The notes under the pieces were generated by a model, which did no database searches, was not told the DNA's origin, and saw only the letters and a list, made by a program, of their open reading frames with translations. This document shows, in pieces, positions 8,180-16,423 of a DNA stretch of 64,000 nucleotides. Source of the DNA: a virus; the IMG/VR virus record IMGVR_UViG_3300022664_000309, positions 1,160 through 65,159 of that record; one strand, 5' to 3'. Both the position numbers and the translations under genes were made by a program. The stretch's first letter is position 1. Each line of letters starts with the position of its first letter.

Positions 8180-9190
8180 TATCACTCCTTTATTACTTTC
8201 CTGGAGGAATCTGAGTCGATTGCCTCATCAGGGTAATTAGGGGTCAGTGGACGCACCCAAAGGTTAGGAGGCCAATGGAAAAAGTGTCATCCACTGTTGG
8301 TGGGACCGTGAAGGGAGTTCAGCAATCCCACCAATAGCAGTGTCCGGAATCGAACCGGAAGTATGCCTGCACTGCTTTTTTGCCGGAGCCCTGGCCTTCC
8401 CCTGTGCAAAGGGCTCATCGTCGTTATCGGTCCGGCGCTCGTATCTGGCCCGTTCGCTGTCGGCTACTTGGGCTATGCGAGCTAGATCAGTTGTAAGGGC
8501 ATTTGGGAATCTTAGGCGATTACCCTATGGCTCGGCTGGGTTTTTGGTGAGATGGCGTCTCGAAACCCGGCTTACACTAATCGCCGCATCAGGGCTAGTC
8601 AAATCCTCTGAATCGATCAGATTTGGCCGTATCAGAGTTTGGTCAATCGGTTAGGTGGAAGGGGTTTCTTTTTCGACGGCATTGCAAAGGGGAATCTGCA
8701 ATCGTGATCATTTTTCCTTCCTCGGCTCGTCACTCTGGACTGATCCATTGCTCCGATTGACTCCGAAGGGCTGATCTGACCTTTGAGCTTCTGGCTTTTG
8801 GGTGGAGCCATTGCCGTTTGTTGAGGTTCCGCCTCGACTTTAAGCCCAGCCTACGGAATGAATACCGATTTGCGGCTAGGACGGCTAACCATTGTTGCGC
8901 GGATTGATTGCTTTTGGCTTTTGGAGACTGATGGAAAAATCGGGACTGGGATGCCATCTATTGCCCATATCCGTATTTCCTGCTCCGAAATTGCTCTGTA
9001 TCACCTCGATTGATGCCTATCTGTTTTCATAAAGCCGATACCTGATGATATTGATTTTGATTAACCCCAAACCGCCCAGCAATGAAGATCTCATTCCCCC
9101 GGAATTCGGAGAGATCGCCGGTTTTGGCCTGCCTGCTCTATTTGGGATTTTGGTTTTGTGCTCCGGTGTTTGGTTATTCGCCTTCGCACA
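8180..9190 (-). ncRNA. Candidate ~1-kb structured leader or ncRNA
   Basis: No convincing ORF; many consecutive stems; TATA box at 9213-9219. Confidence 0.45.
8335..8376 (-). ncRNA. tRNA-like minihelix (acceptor stem plus T-arm only)
   Basis: AGCAGTG-caggcatact-TCCGG-TTCGATT-CCGGA-CACTGCT-A: 7-bp stem stacked on a 5-bp T-stem with a canonical 7-nt T-loop. Confidence 0.65.
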
Positions 9191-9211
9191 ATACCTCTCT
9201 TAGGCCTTGAG

Positions 9212-9221
9212 GATATAAAGC
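9212..9221 (-). promoter_or_regulatory. Archaeal TATA box, leftward
   Basis: GCTTTATATC on the minus strand; identical 10-mer at 9619-9628. Confidence 0.55.
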
Positions 9222-9265
9222 TTGCTGAACAACTATGCCCTACTGTGATCGATATGGTGATATCT

Positions 9266-10038
9266 TGTACGTTGATGTACATATTTGTACATTGGGAGGG
9301 GTGGTTGGAGCGGTCGATTTCCGCGATAATGTCGCTTGATATCGGTTTGATGTGGCGAGATGGCGACGAAAGGCGGGAAAATCGGCGACTGGCGGCTGTA
9401 TATATCATGTACGCGCGCGTATATCTATATATAGGGGAGATATTGCCACCTGTTATCGATTATATGGGATATATGCGGTCGATGATGGCTACTGATAGCG
9501 ATATATGGGATATATGTGAGGTATGTGTGATATATTCGAAAATTAATAAAAATGAAAAAGATGAAACGAAAATTTTTAAAATTAAATTAATTCAATTTAC
9601 TATTATAGGACCGATCCTGATATAAAGCGATAAGGGGAGGGGCCAAATCCAAGTGCACAGAAATGGACATTGGCGGCGGGAAGTCGGCAATGGTGCTTGA
9701 AGATATGCATTGGGACCCGGAGATGTGCATTGATGTACGAATATGTACATTTTGGCGTTGGCAGTAATATAACCCTAGAAATGCCTCAACCCGCCTACGG
9801 AACTATTGACTCACCAATGTACATATCTATCCATCTAGGGTTATATGAGCGCCTTGTAGTCCAGATCTGAGCATGGTTGAAGACCCACATTCCGCCAGGC
9901 CTGGCCCGGACCCAATATCCAGCAGTTCGCCCATATCAAGGTCATATGACATCTAGCTTATCACTAGTGATCGATTTTGTACATTGATGACCCCGCGGCG
10001 GTATCTTTAGACAAGACCAGGCATTGATGTACATTTTT
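9266..10038. repeat. Cluster of TGTACA-centred palindromic motifs
   Basis: TTGATGTACATATTTGTACATT (~9272), TTGATGTACGAATATGTACATT (~9730), AATGTACATAT (~9816), TTTGTACATTGATG (~9976), TTGATGTACATTT (~10024). Confidence 0.7.
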
Positions 10039-10578
10039 GGGCATTGGGCCACAGGAGCAGACAGCAGGAGACAGAGAGTAGTAATAAGAGATTTTCAAGA
10101 CCAGCAAGAGAGATAGATTCCAGAAGATAATAAACAAGAGACAGCAAGAGACAAGGACAGACAATAGCAGAGAGAGGGGGACGAATAGGCGCGCATTAGC
10201 GCGCCCTTCCCCTCCGGCGGAGGGGATTGAGGGGAGGGAGTAGTTAGTTGGTAGATAGGTTGCAGGTTGGAAACAGACTTAATATCAGGATCACTTAGAC
10301 CTACCTAACAAAACCACAATCTAACCCGGCCTTGGCTAACCTAATAACAATAACACTTATAAACCATAACGCACCACTAACCGCACTTATATAACCTAAT
10401 ACCTATAACCTATACCATATATCTCATCACTATCTTACCAGCCACTATCTTAACACTATCTATCTACTATATCCAACTACCTATCTTACTTATCTATCTC
10501 TTACTCTCATCTATTATCTTATCCTTATCTTTACTCTATATCTATCCTATCTCCTCTCTATAATAGAAAATTGAATTA
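9588..10578. repeat. 21-bp inverted-repeat pair (20/21 identical)
   Basis: TAATTCAATTTACTATTATAG (9588-9608) versus CTATAATAGAAAATTGAATTA (10558-10578). Confidence 0.8.
9619..9628 (-). promoter_or_regulatory. Second leftward TATA box
   Basis: GCTTTATATC on the minus strand. Confidence 0.45.
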
Positions 10579-10640
10579 TTTTCGAAAAATTTCAAAAATT
10601 TTAGCAGATATCGATTTTAAAAAATAAATATCCGTTGACA

Positions 10641-10880
10641 TCATATCCACCGTAATCGATTTCTCACAAATCGCAACCAGTCGCGCACTTTGTTCATTAT
10701 TCGACGTTCGTTGCCACCATTTCTATACTTCATCCTCAACTCCTCCCAATACAAATCAGTCTCGGCAACCTTCTTCTTTCTCCAAGCCAGATACTCTTCC
10801 TCTGTCATATCATCAGGTCCAAACACAAGAACCCCATTAATCACCTCGGAAATCACGACGTGAACCTCCCATCCTTCCAT
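10641..10880 (-). CDS. Hypothetical protein
   Basis: Last ORF of the leftward operon. Confidence 0.55.
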   Translation of the reverse strand: MEGWEVHVVISEVINGVLVFGPDDMTEEEYLAWRKKKVAETDLYWEELRMKYRNGGNERRIMNKVRDWLRFVRNRLRWI

Positions 10881-11302
10881 GCCCCAATATACCTCAGATA
10901 ATCCTCAAGCTCAAGTATGCGCAGGTTAGTCACCTTTGCCAACTTAATAATCACGTCCTGGTCATCCATTTCCGGCAATTCGCCCGTTGGTGTCTCACAA
11001 TAAATCGTCGGCCCGGCCAAATAAGGATACATCCTACAAATCAAAGGTCTACTCCGATATATCCGACATCCATTTTGATAAAACTCACATGGAGCCACAT
11101 TCCGCAACGTCAACCTCTCATCATCCTTTGGATGCCTCATAAAATGTCGTTTGGCCACCAGTCTCATCGAAATTCTAAACCTTCTTGCAATCCTCAAAGC
11201 ATCCCTTGGATATATGTCAACAATTTTCGGTTCCTGGCAACATGTCCCACATCTCTTGCACTCGAAAAAGATCTGCCTAATAGCGCGCTCTTTCCAATTC
11301 AT
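10853..11302 (-). CDS. YkgJ/UPF0153 family Cys-cluster protein
   Basis: FECKRCGTCC...PCEF...CRIYRSRPLICRMYP. Confidence 0.85.
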   Translation of the reverse strand: MNWKERAIRQIFFECKRCGTCCQEPKIVDIYPRDALRIARRFRISMRLVAKRHFMRHPKDDERLTLRNVAPCEFYQNGCRIYRSRPLICRMYPYLAGPTIYCETPTGELPEMDDQDVIIKLAKVTNLRILELEDYLRYIGAWKDGRFTS

Positions 11303-11463
11303 ACCCCAACCTCCTTTCCACAAAACGGGCAATACGTCAACTCATAATAAGCCATGTCTCGACCAATCCACAACCTACCGTTGCGGCTTCTAACAACCAA
11401 CGCATGAATTGCCGATTTCATAGTTTCACAGCATATGCACATGACCATGCCTGGCACTTTCAT
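11299..11463 (-). CDS. 54-aa Zn-ribbon protein (not in ORF track)
   Basis: MKVPGMVMCICC...YCPFCGKEV; ATGA overlaps at both ends. Confidence 0.65.
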   Translation of the reverse strand: MKVPGMVMCICCETMKSAIHALVVRSRNGRLWIGRDMAYYELTYCPFCGKEVGV

Positions 11464-11903
11464 AGTTTAAAAGTCATCTCCTCGTCGTCATATTTAGGTT
11501 CCTTAATGGCAAAAAAGTCCTGCATGAACGGGCTCACCATCGGCTCGGAATACCCCTTGCGAACCCTGTCTCGACCGCAAACGACCATGTTTATGATCCA
11601 GGTTCCACTGCCCCGTACCCTGCGTTCTTGCCCACAGACAAGATGAGTTTTAGGCCGCGTGCATACCCCAATCTTGCCCACAAGGTGCTCCATATAACTC
11701 GGCAATTCCCTATTCTCACTGTAGTCTCCAGCTATGATGGAGTTGCCGATGATCTGCCCGCCATTCGCGGTCTTTTGGTCAGTACTACTTTGCAAGTTCG
11801 TCATACTCAACTTCAACATCGGAAAATCAAATTGAGGAACCTTACCAGAAGGAAGGCCCATAGACCAGAAATTATTCATCAAATCCCTCCATTCCGCTCG
11901 CAC
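11460..11903 (-). CDS. Hypothetical protein
   Basis: ORF in operon; start uncertain. Confidence 0.6.
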   Translation of the reverse strand: MRAEWRDLMNNFWSMGLPSGKVPQFDFPMLKLSMTNLQSSTDQKTANGGQIIGNSIIAGDYSENRELPSYMEHLVGKIGVCTRPKTHLVCGQERRVRGSGTWIINMVVCGRDRVRKGYSEPMVSPFMQDFFAIKEPKYDDEEMTFKL

Positions 11904-12571
11904 CAGGCCATCATAAACGGTTGAAAATGACCAGGATGCCCTCTTATGTACATTGGCTCAACGTTTTCAAAGAGTTTTCCAGCAATGTCTTGCTCATGAT
12001 CTCGGAGCCATGCGGCGGCCTGTTCAATCTCCTCGCATCTGTGATCGCATGCACAGGAGTCGCACCGCCTCCCGAATTCCTCTTCGACCGTGTCAATGCC
12101 AATCAAATCATAGTCGGCCACGTCGGGATCTGAATAAATCTCGTCAAGCGAATTGTACTTAGCTTTGAACTCGTTATTGGCAAAGACATCAGCCATCTTT
12201 TTCGAGATCGTCGTGACCTCATATGTCACCCGATACTTTTTAGCCAGGACACCGAGAGCTATCTCACATCGGATAGCCAACGCAAGATTATCATTCAGGT
12301 ACTTCAGGAACGCATCAACCAGTTTGCAATACTCTACAAAGGCCTCAGGCGGGCAAGGCAACAAGAAAGGTACTCTGCAATACAGGGATCTCTCATGGCA
12401 CCCCTCCCAGAAGAAATGGCTTATGTATCCGTCGTAATATAGCATGTACAACTGATCAACAAGTCCTCTCAAATATTGGACTATCTGGTCTGCGGTTGAT
12501 ACCCTCGCATCGAAATACAGGTTCGGTGTTCCGTTGGCCAGGATATCGGCAACTACTAGGTCATTCAACAT
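11879..12571 (-). CDS. Cys-containing hypothetical protein
   Basis: 230 aa; CDSCACDHRC; GGAGAGG RBS. Confidence 0.7.
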   Translation of the reverse strand: MLNDLVVADILANGTPNLYFDARVSTADQIVQYLRGLVDQLYMLYYDGYISHFFWEGCHERSLYCRVPFLLPCPPEAFVEYCKLVDAFLKYLNDNLALAIRCEIALGVLAKKYRVTYEVTTISKKMADVFANNEFKAKYNSLDEIYSDPDVADYDLIGIDTVEEEFGRRCDSCACDHRCEEIEQAAAWLRDHEQDIAGKLFENVEPMYIRGHPGHFQPFMMAWCERNGGI

Positions 12572-12765
12572 TGATCCTCTCCAAACATGTTAGCCCATGC
12601 TATTTTGAAAGATGCTGTATAATTTGGGTACTTTGCACGGTATATCTTTTCAACATCCTCGAAAGATTTTCCCGTGGCAATAGCTCTGTTTTCTTTCAGC
12701 CATCTTGTTCCATCGTTGATGGCCATGCGCATGCAAATATCACATGGTTGTCTATCTGTTGACAT
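12565..12765 (-). CDS. Hypothetical protein
   Basis: 66 aa, coupled to neighbours. Confidence 0.55.
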   Translation of the reverse strand: MSTDRQPCDICMRMAINDGTRWLKENRAIATGKSFEDVEKIYRAKYPNYTASFKIAWANMFGEDQC

Positions 12766-13020
12766 TCAATCACCAACTCCTTTCGGTTTCTTGAACTCTT
12801 CAATCTCTTCTGGAGTTAGGAACTCATGCCATTTGACAGGGGTTAATCTGACAAGATTGCCGTCTCTTTCGGACTTGATCCAGTTGTCACTTTCCAAGCG
12901 ACAAGCCGATTTGAATACTTCGACTATTGACCACCCCATCTCGTTTGCCAGTTCACGGATACTTGATCCCGGTTTTTCGTTTATCTTCTTGTAAAGCCTG
13001 TAATCGATATCTTCTGACAT
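12766..13020 (-). CDS. Winged-helix DNA-binding protein
   Basis: PGSSIRELANEMGWS...RLESDNWI HTH pattern. Confidence 0.8.
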   Translation of the reverse strand: MSEDIDYRLYKKINEKPGSSIRELANEMGWSIVEVFKSACRLESDNWIKSERDGNLVRLTPVKWHEFLTPEEIEEFKKPKGVGD

Positions 13021-13128
13021 GTTTAATCTCCTCCATTTTTTATCCGGTTAAACTCGGCAATGATGATGCTTTTTTCTCGATGGCAGTGGTTTTGATTACG
13101 TATTTAACTAGATAACTGGTCATATTTT

Positions 13129-13401
13129 TTACCACTTTCCGGATGTTTTGTCCTGTGCTTCAATGCGTTTGATGTGTTCCTTTATACTTGAAATGGTCTT
13201 GGTGGCTTTCCGTAAGTCTGCCTCTTCCTTGTCCAGCAACCACTGCTTTGCTTCCTCAAATGTGTCGAATATAGATCTGTCATCGGAAATCTTTTTATGT
13301 TTTCGTCCATTGCTATCCGTAACATAGTGATCTGTTTCTGATATGATGTCGATAATTCTAACATCTCGAAATGCACGCCATGCGATGTATTTGTATTTCA
13401 T
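13129..13401 (-). CDS. Phage hypothetical protein
   Basis: FDTFEEAKQWL motif followed by coiled coil. Confidence 0.7.
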   Translation of the reverse strand: MKYKYIAWRAFRDVRIIDIISETDHYVTDSNGRKHKKISDDRSIFDTFEEAKQWLLDKEEADLRKATKTISSIKEHIKRIEAQDKTSGKW

Positions 13402-14036
13402 TTCTTCAATACTCCTTTTTCGAGTTTTAGGTTTAGATCGGATATGACCGAGTTCTGGAAATTGGTGAAATAGTCTTGACTTGTGTGGTCTCCTCTGAGC
13501 AGTCTAATGGAAAAGCCCATGTCGATTATGGGTGAAAATGGGTCGATTATGGGAGGGTCTGATTCGTGGACTACATAGCGTATCTCAGTAACGTTGGGAT
13601 CGAGTCTTTCGAGGTTCTGGACTACATTGTCGAATGCCTTGTTATCTCCTGTGTAGGAGTTATATAGCCAGCTTTCCAGGGATGTTTTGATGTCGAGGAA
13701 GACTCTGTCGAAACCTTCCGGGATGGGTCGGCAACCTGAGGTTTCAAGCCCGACTTTGAGACCCAGTGCATGACCCCAAATCAGCAATTCGAGACATACC
13801 TCGGGTTGCATGACAGGTTCGCCGCCAGAGATGACCAGGGCCGATACGTAACGTCGGGCGGCTAGGATTTCTTGGGCTATGTCGTTGAAATCTACAAGAC
13901 GTTCGCCGGTGCGTATTTTTTCGTTATGACAGTGAGGACAGGACATGGGACAACCTCTGAGAAAAACTACGTAGGAAGCGTGCCCCGGCCAGTCGATAGT
14001 GGACAGTTCATGACGACCGGCATAGTTCACCTGCAA
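13398..14036 (-). CDS. nrdG: Radical SAM protein, anaerobic RNR activating-enzyme-like
   Basis: STIDWPG...VFLRGCPMSCPHCHN (CxxxCxxC), ISGGEP, LETSG, LDIK. Confidence 0.8.
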   Translation of the reverse strand: MQVNYAGRHELSTIDWPGHASYVVFLRGCPMSCPHCHNEKIRTGERLVDFNDIAQEILAARRYVSALVISGGEPVMQPEVCLELLIWGHALGLKVGLETSGCRPIPEGFDRVFLDIKTSLESWLYNSYTGDNKAFDNVVQNLERLDPNVTEIRYVVHESDPPIIDPFSPIIDMGFSIRLLRGDHTSQDYFTNFQNSVISDLNLKLEKGVLKK

Positions 14037-14221
14037 TCCTCTTCCCCCAGTTCTACATCCTCCGGAGATAGGCGGCCAGTCGTAATCAGATATGAGGTTA
14101 CGGTTGGTGGTATTACCTCTCCTTTGAAGAACGTGATTTCTAACCGGTTCTTCACTTTAGCACTCAATGGCATAGAAGACGGTAAGTGGGACACATATTT
14201 AAGGCTTTTCATAGGATGCAA
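14027..14221 (-). CDS. Hypothetical protein
   Basis: Short ORF overlapping the nrdG start. Confidence 0.4.
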   Translation of the reverse strand: MHPMKSLKYVSHLPSSMPLSAKVKNRLEITFFKGEVIPPTVTSYLITTGRLSPEDVELGEEDCR

Positions 14222-14255
14222 AAGAGTTATACGAGAGTAACATAGAGAAGACTTT

Positions 14256-14945
14256 ATGCAAGACCCTGTTGTTATCGATATTGAGACTGTGCCTGGAACG
14301 TTAGAACAGATCCAGACCTATAAGGATGTTAAATGTAGTAGATGTGATCATAACCCGGAAGATCATCCGAAGCAGAAAAAGGATTATTGTGCAGAATGTG
14401 ATGAGCAGGCTGCCCTTAGATGGCATACCTCGCAGACTATTTGCATTACGGCTAAGCCGGTGGATATGGACGTGGCATGTTTCTGCGAAAGGGATGAGGT
14501 CAAGGTCCTGGAGGAGGCCTATGAGTATTTGAGTGAGATTAGGCCTGCAAAGTGGATTGGGTTCAATATTAAGGATTTTGATTTGATTCATTTGAAGATG
14601 AGGGGTATGGTTAATGATATTCCTTTCATCAATATATTGCCGGTTGGAAAATATGATAAAAGATTGTATGATGTTTATGATGTACTGGTGGAGGGGAAGT
14701 GGAATAAGCAGCAATCGGCTACTTTGGAGATGTTTGCGGCAATGCTTGGGTTTAAAGAGCTGTTATATGGGAGTGGTCGGGATGTTCCTGGGTGGTTTGA
14801 AAAAGGAGAAATGGATGAGATCAGGAAGCACAATATTGGAGATGTTTTGGCCACCGAGCAGCTATATTTGAGGATTTGTGATGCGGAAACAAGGTATAAA
14901 AATAAGGGCAGAAAAATAGATGAGGAAGAGGTGTTCAAACTCTAA
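14256..14945 (+). CDS. Stand-alone DEDD 3'-5' exonuclease (PolB-exo-like)
   Basis: IDIET, GFNIKDFDL, HNIGDV motifs; CxxC..CxxC insertion. Confidence 0.85.
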   Translation: MQDPVVIDIETVPGTLEQIQTYKDVKCSRCDHNPEDHPKQKKDYCAECDEQAALRWHTSQTICITAKPVDMDVACFCERDEVKVLEEAYEYLSEIRPAKWIGFNIKDFDLIHLKMRGMVNDIPFINILPVGKYDKRLYDVYDVLVEGKWNKQQSATLEMFAAMLGFKELLYGSGRDVPGWFEKGEMDEIRKHNIGDVLATEQLYLRICDAETRYKNKGRKIDEEEVFKL

Positions 14946-14981
14946 CCTGATGCACTGGAATCCGGGACATTCGCAGGCGGA

Positions 14982-15407
14982 TTAGTATTGGCCGGTGTTC
15001 CGGGTTCGTTGTTTGGTTGCTCTTGTAACTGGCTTCACCATGTTTTTAACTTTCGAACGAACTTTTGCAATCCTTTCGGCAGGTGTCTGGTTAGTAAGCT
15101 TACAAATTGGATCATTGGGCCAAACTGCGCAAATTTTGTCTCGGATAGTCTGCATGGCAGCTGCAGGAGAGTTGGAAGCCGGTGTTGAATATGTTGGAAT
15201 TGCAACGCATGTACCGGCAATTGAGATCTGGCCTGCCGGGCATCCGGTGACAGGAGATATGTTTCCTCCGCGATATGATGTAAATGGTGGCCTCGGAGTT
15301 GATGTTTTTGGAGTTGCAGCAGGTGCCGGGGTATTGACGTTGACAGCACGAGCTAAATTTGAGGGTCTAATCGAGACCGATGGACCGAAAGAGGTTGTAC
15401 GACTCAT
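14982..15407 (-). CDS. Basic Pro/Thr-rich protein with paired Cys
   Basis: GGTGATG RBS; upstream TATA-like AATATATA. Confidence 0.65.
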   Translation of the reverse strand: MSRTTSFGPSVSIRPSNLARAVNVNTPAPAATPKTSTPRPPFTSYRGGNISPVTGCPAGQISIAGTCVAIPTYSTPASNSPAAAMQTIRDKICAVWPNDPICKLTNQTPAERIAKVRSKVKNMVKPVTRATKQRTRNTGQY

Positions 15408-15485
15408 TTGACATCACCAGATTCTATCATCATGATTTCTGCCATGTGGTATATATTTGGTCCTGCCGGATAATAAACATATCGA

Positions 15486-15734
15486 TTAGATGGTGAGGGT
15501 TTCTTTCTTCAATCCTTGAATATTTCCAACCCGCAATTCGATGCCATAATTAGATATGATGTTCCTGGAATTGTCGCTAAGGCTGTTGTTGGTAGCATTG
15601 TTGACCTGAATTACTTTGACCTTCTTGTTCGCTATTGCAAGAACATCGTTGAAACTGGGTCGAAATGATACGATGACAGCTTCTGTTTTGATCTTGGGAA
15701 TGTCAGATGGAGTTGAGATTATCGTGGCTTTCAT
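15486..15734 (-). CDS. DUF1699 family protein
   Basis: MKATIIS...VSFRPS...IQV...IELRVGNIQG resembles the methanogen DUF1699 pattern. Confidence 0.7.
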   Translation of the reverse strand: MKATIISTPSDIPKIKTEAVIVSFRPSFNDVLAIANKKVKVIQVNNATNNSLSDNSRNIISNYGIELRVGNIQGLKKETLTI

Positions 15735-15974
15735 GGTGACTTAAGAAGAGTTCAACATATTTAAATTTAGAGGTGTGAGAGGATCGGGTTAGGAGAGATA
15801 CCCGATCCTGCATTTGGCCGTTGGACGCACCAGCCATCCTTGGTGATAACCGTCCACAAGGACAAGGATAACTGTGATTTGAAGGTATTTCAAGTTTTTG
15901 GTAGGTGATGTGTTTGTGATGAATCGTGATAAACTGTTTCGAGGTATCTTTTTGATACAAAGGGAAAAAAGGGC

Positions 15975-16300
15975 ATTTTGTGTAACGACATGTAACATAA
16001 AATCGATTAGCGTTGAATACGTTACACTCGTTACCCGTGTTTCCCCTGGTAAATGTAGAGATGTATAGAGAGAAAAGTCGTGTAGAATCATGATAGATTA
16101 TAGTAGGTATATAATAACTATATTATATATTCTTCTTGATATTAGGTTGTCTTTGAGAGACTATGAGAGATACTAACTAGAAAGTTAAGTTACATATAAT
16201 ATATATATATGTAATTAAGTGTAACACGTGTAACAGGTGTAACAGTATCTCTCTATATGTCGTTTTTCTTGGTTACATCTCTGTTACTCCGTTACGCATT
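15975..16300. other. Putative replication origin with TGTAAC/GTTAC iterons and an AT palindrome
   Basis: TGTAAC at 15981, 15991, 16220, 16229, 16238; GTTAC at 16021, 16030, 16189, 16272, 16283, 16291; TTACATATA...TATATGTAA; lies next to the primase-helicase gene. Confidence 0.65.
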
Positions 16301-16423
16301 ATTGCATGTAGAATAAAAATAACAGTGGACTACTAAACCATGCGTAGATAGTGAGAATGCAATCGGATACAGGAAACCAGTAGAGTACAAAAAAGTGAAA
16401 AGAAATAACGGCAAGGCTTGTAT

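Noticed and set aside
8190..8237. CTGATGAG...GAAA on the minus strand, resembling a hammerhead ribozyme core
   Set aside because: Stem II does not close next to GAAA and there is no stem I/III with an NUH site; the segment folds better as one long hairpin
8335..8376. Canonical tRNA gene
   Set aside because: Only 42 nt, with no D or anticodon arm; reported as tRNA-like instead
8534..8572. TTGGTGAG-stem-CGAAAC hammerhead-like motif on the plus strand
   Set aside because: Core deviates from CUGAUGA and stem I is missing
8340..10164. ORF-track ORFs in the control region (8340..8654, 9091..9408, 9158..9625, 9670..9870, 9964..10164)
   Set aside because: No RBS, atypical composition, and they overlap promoters, repeats and stems
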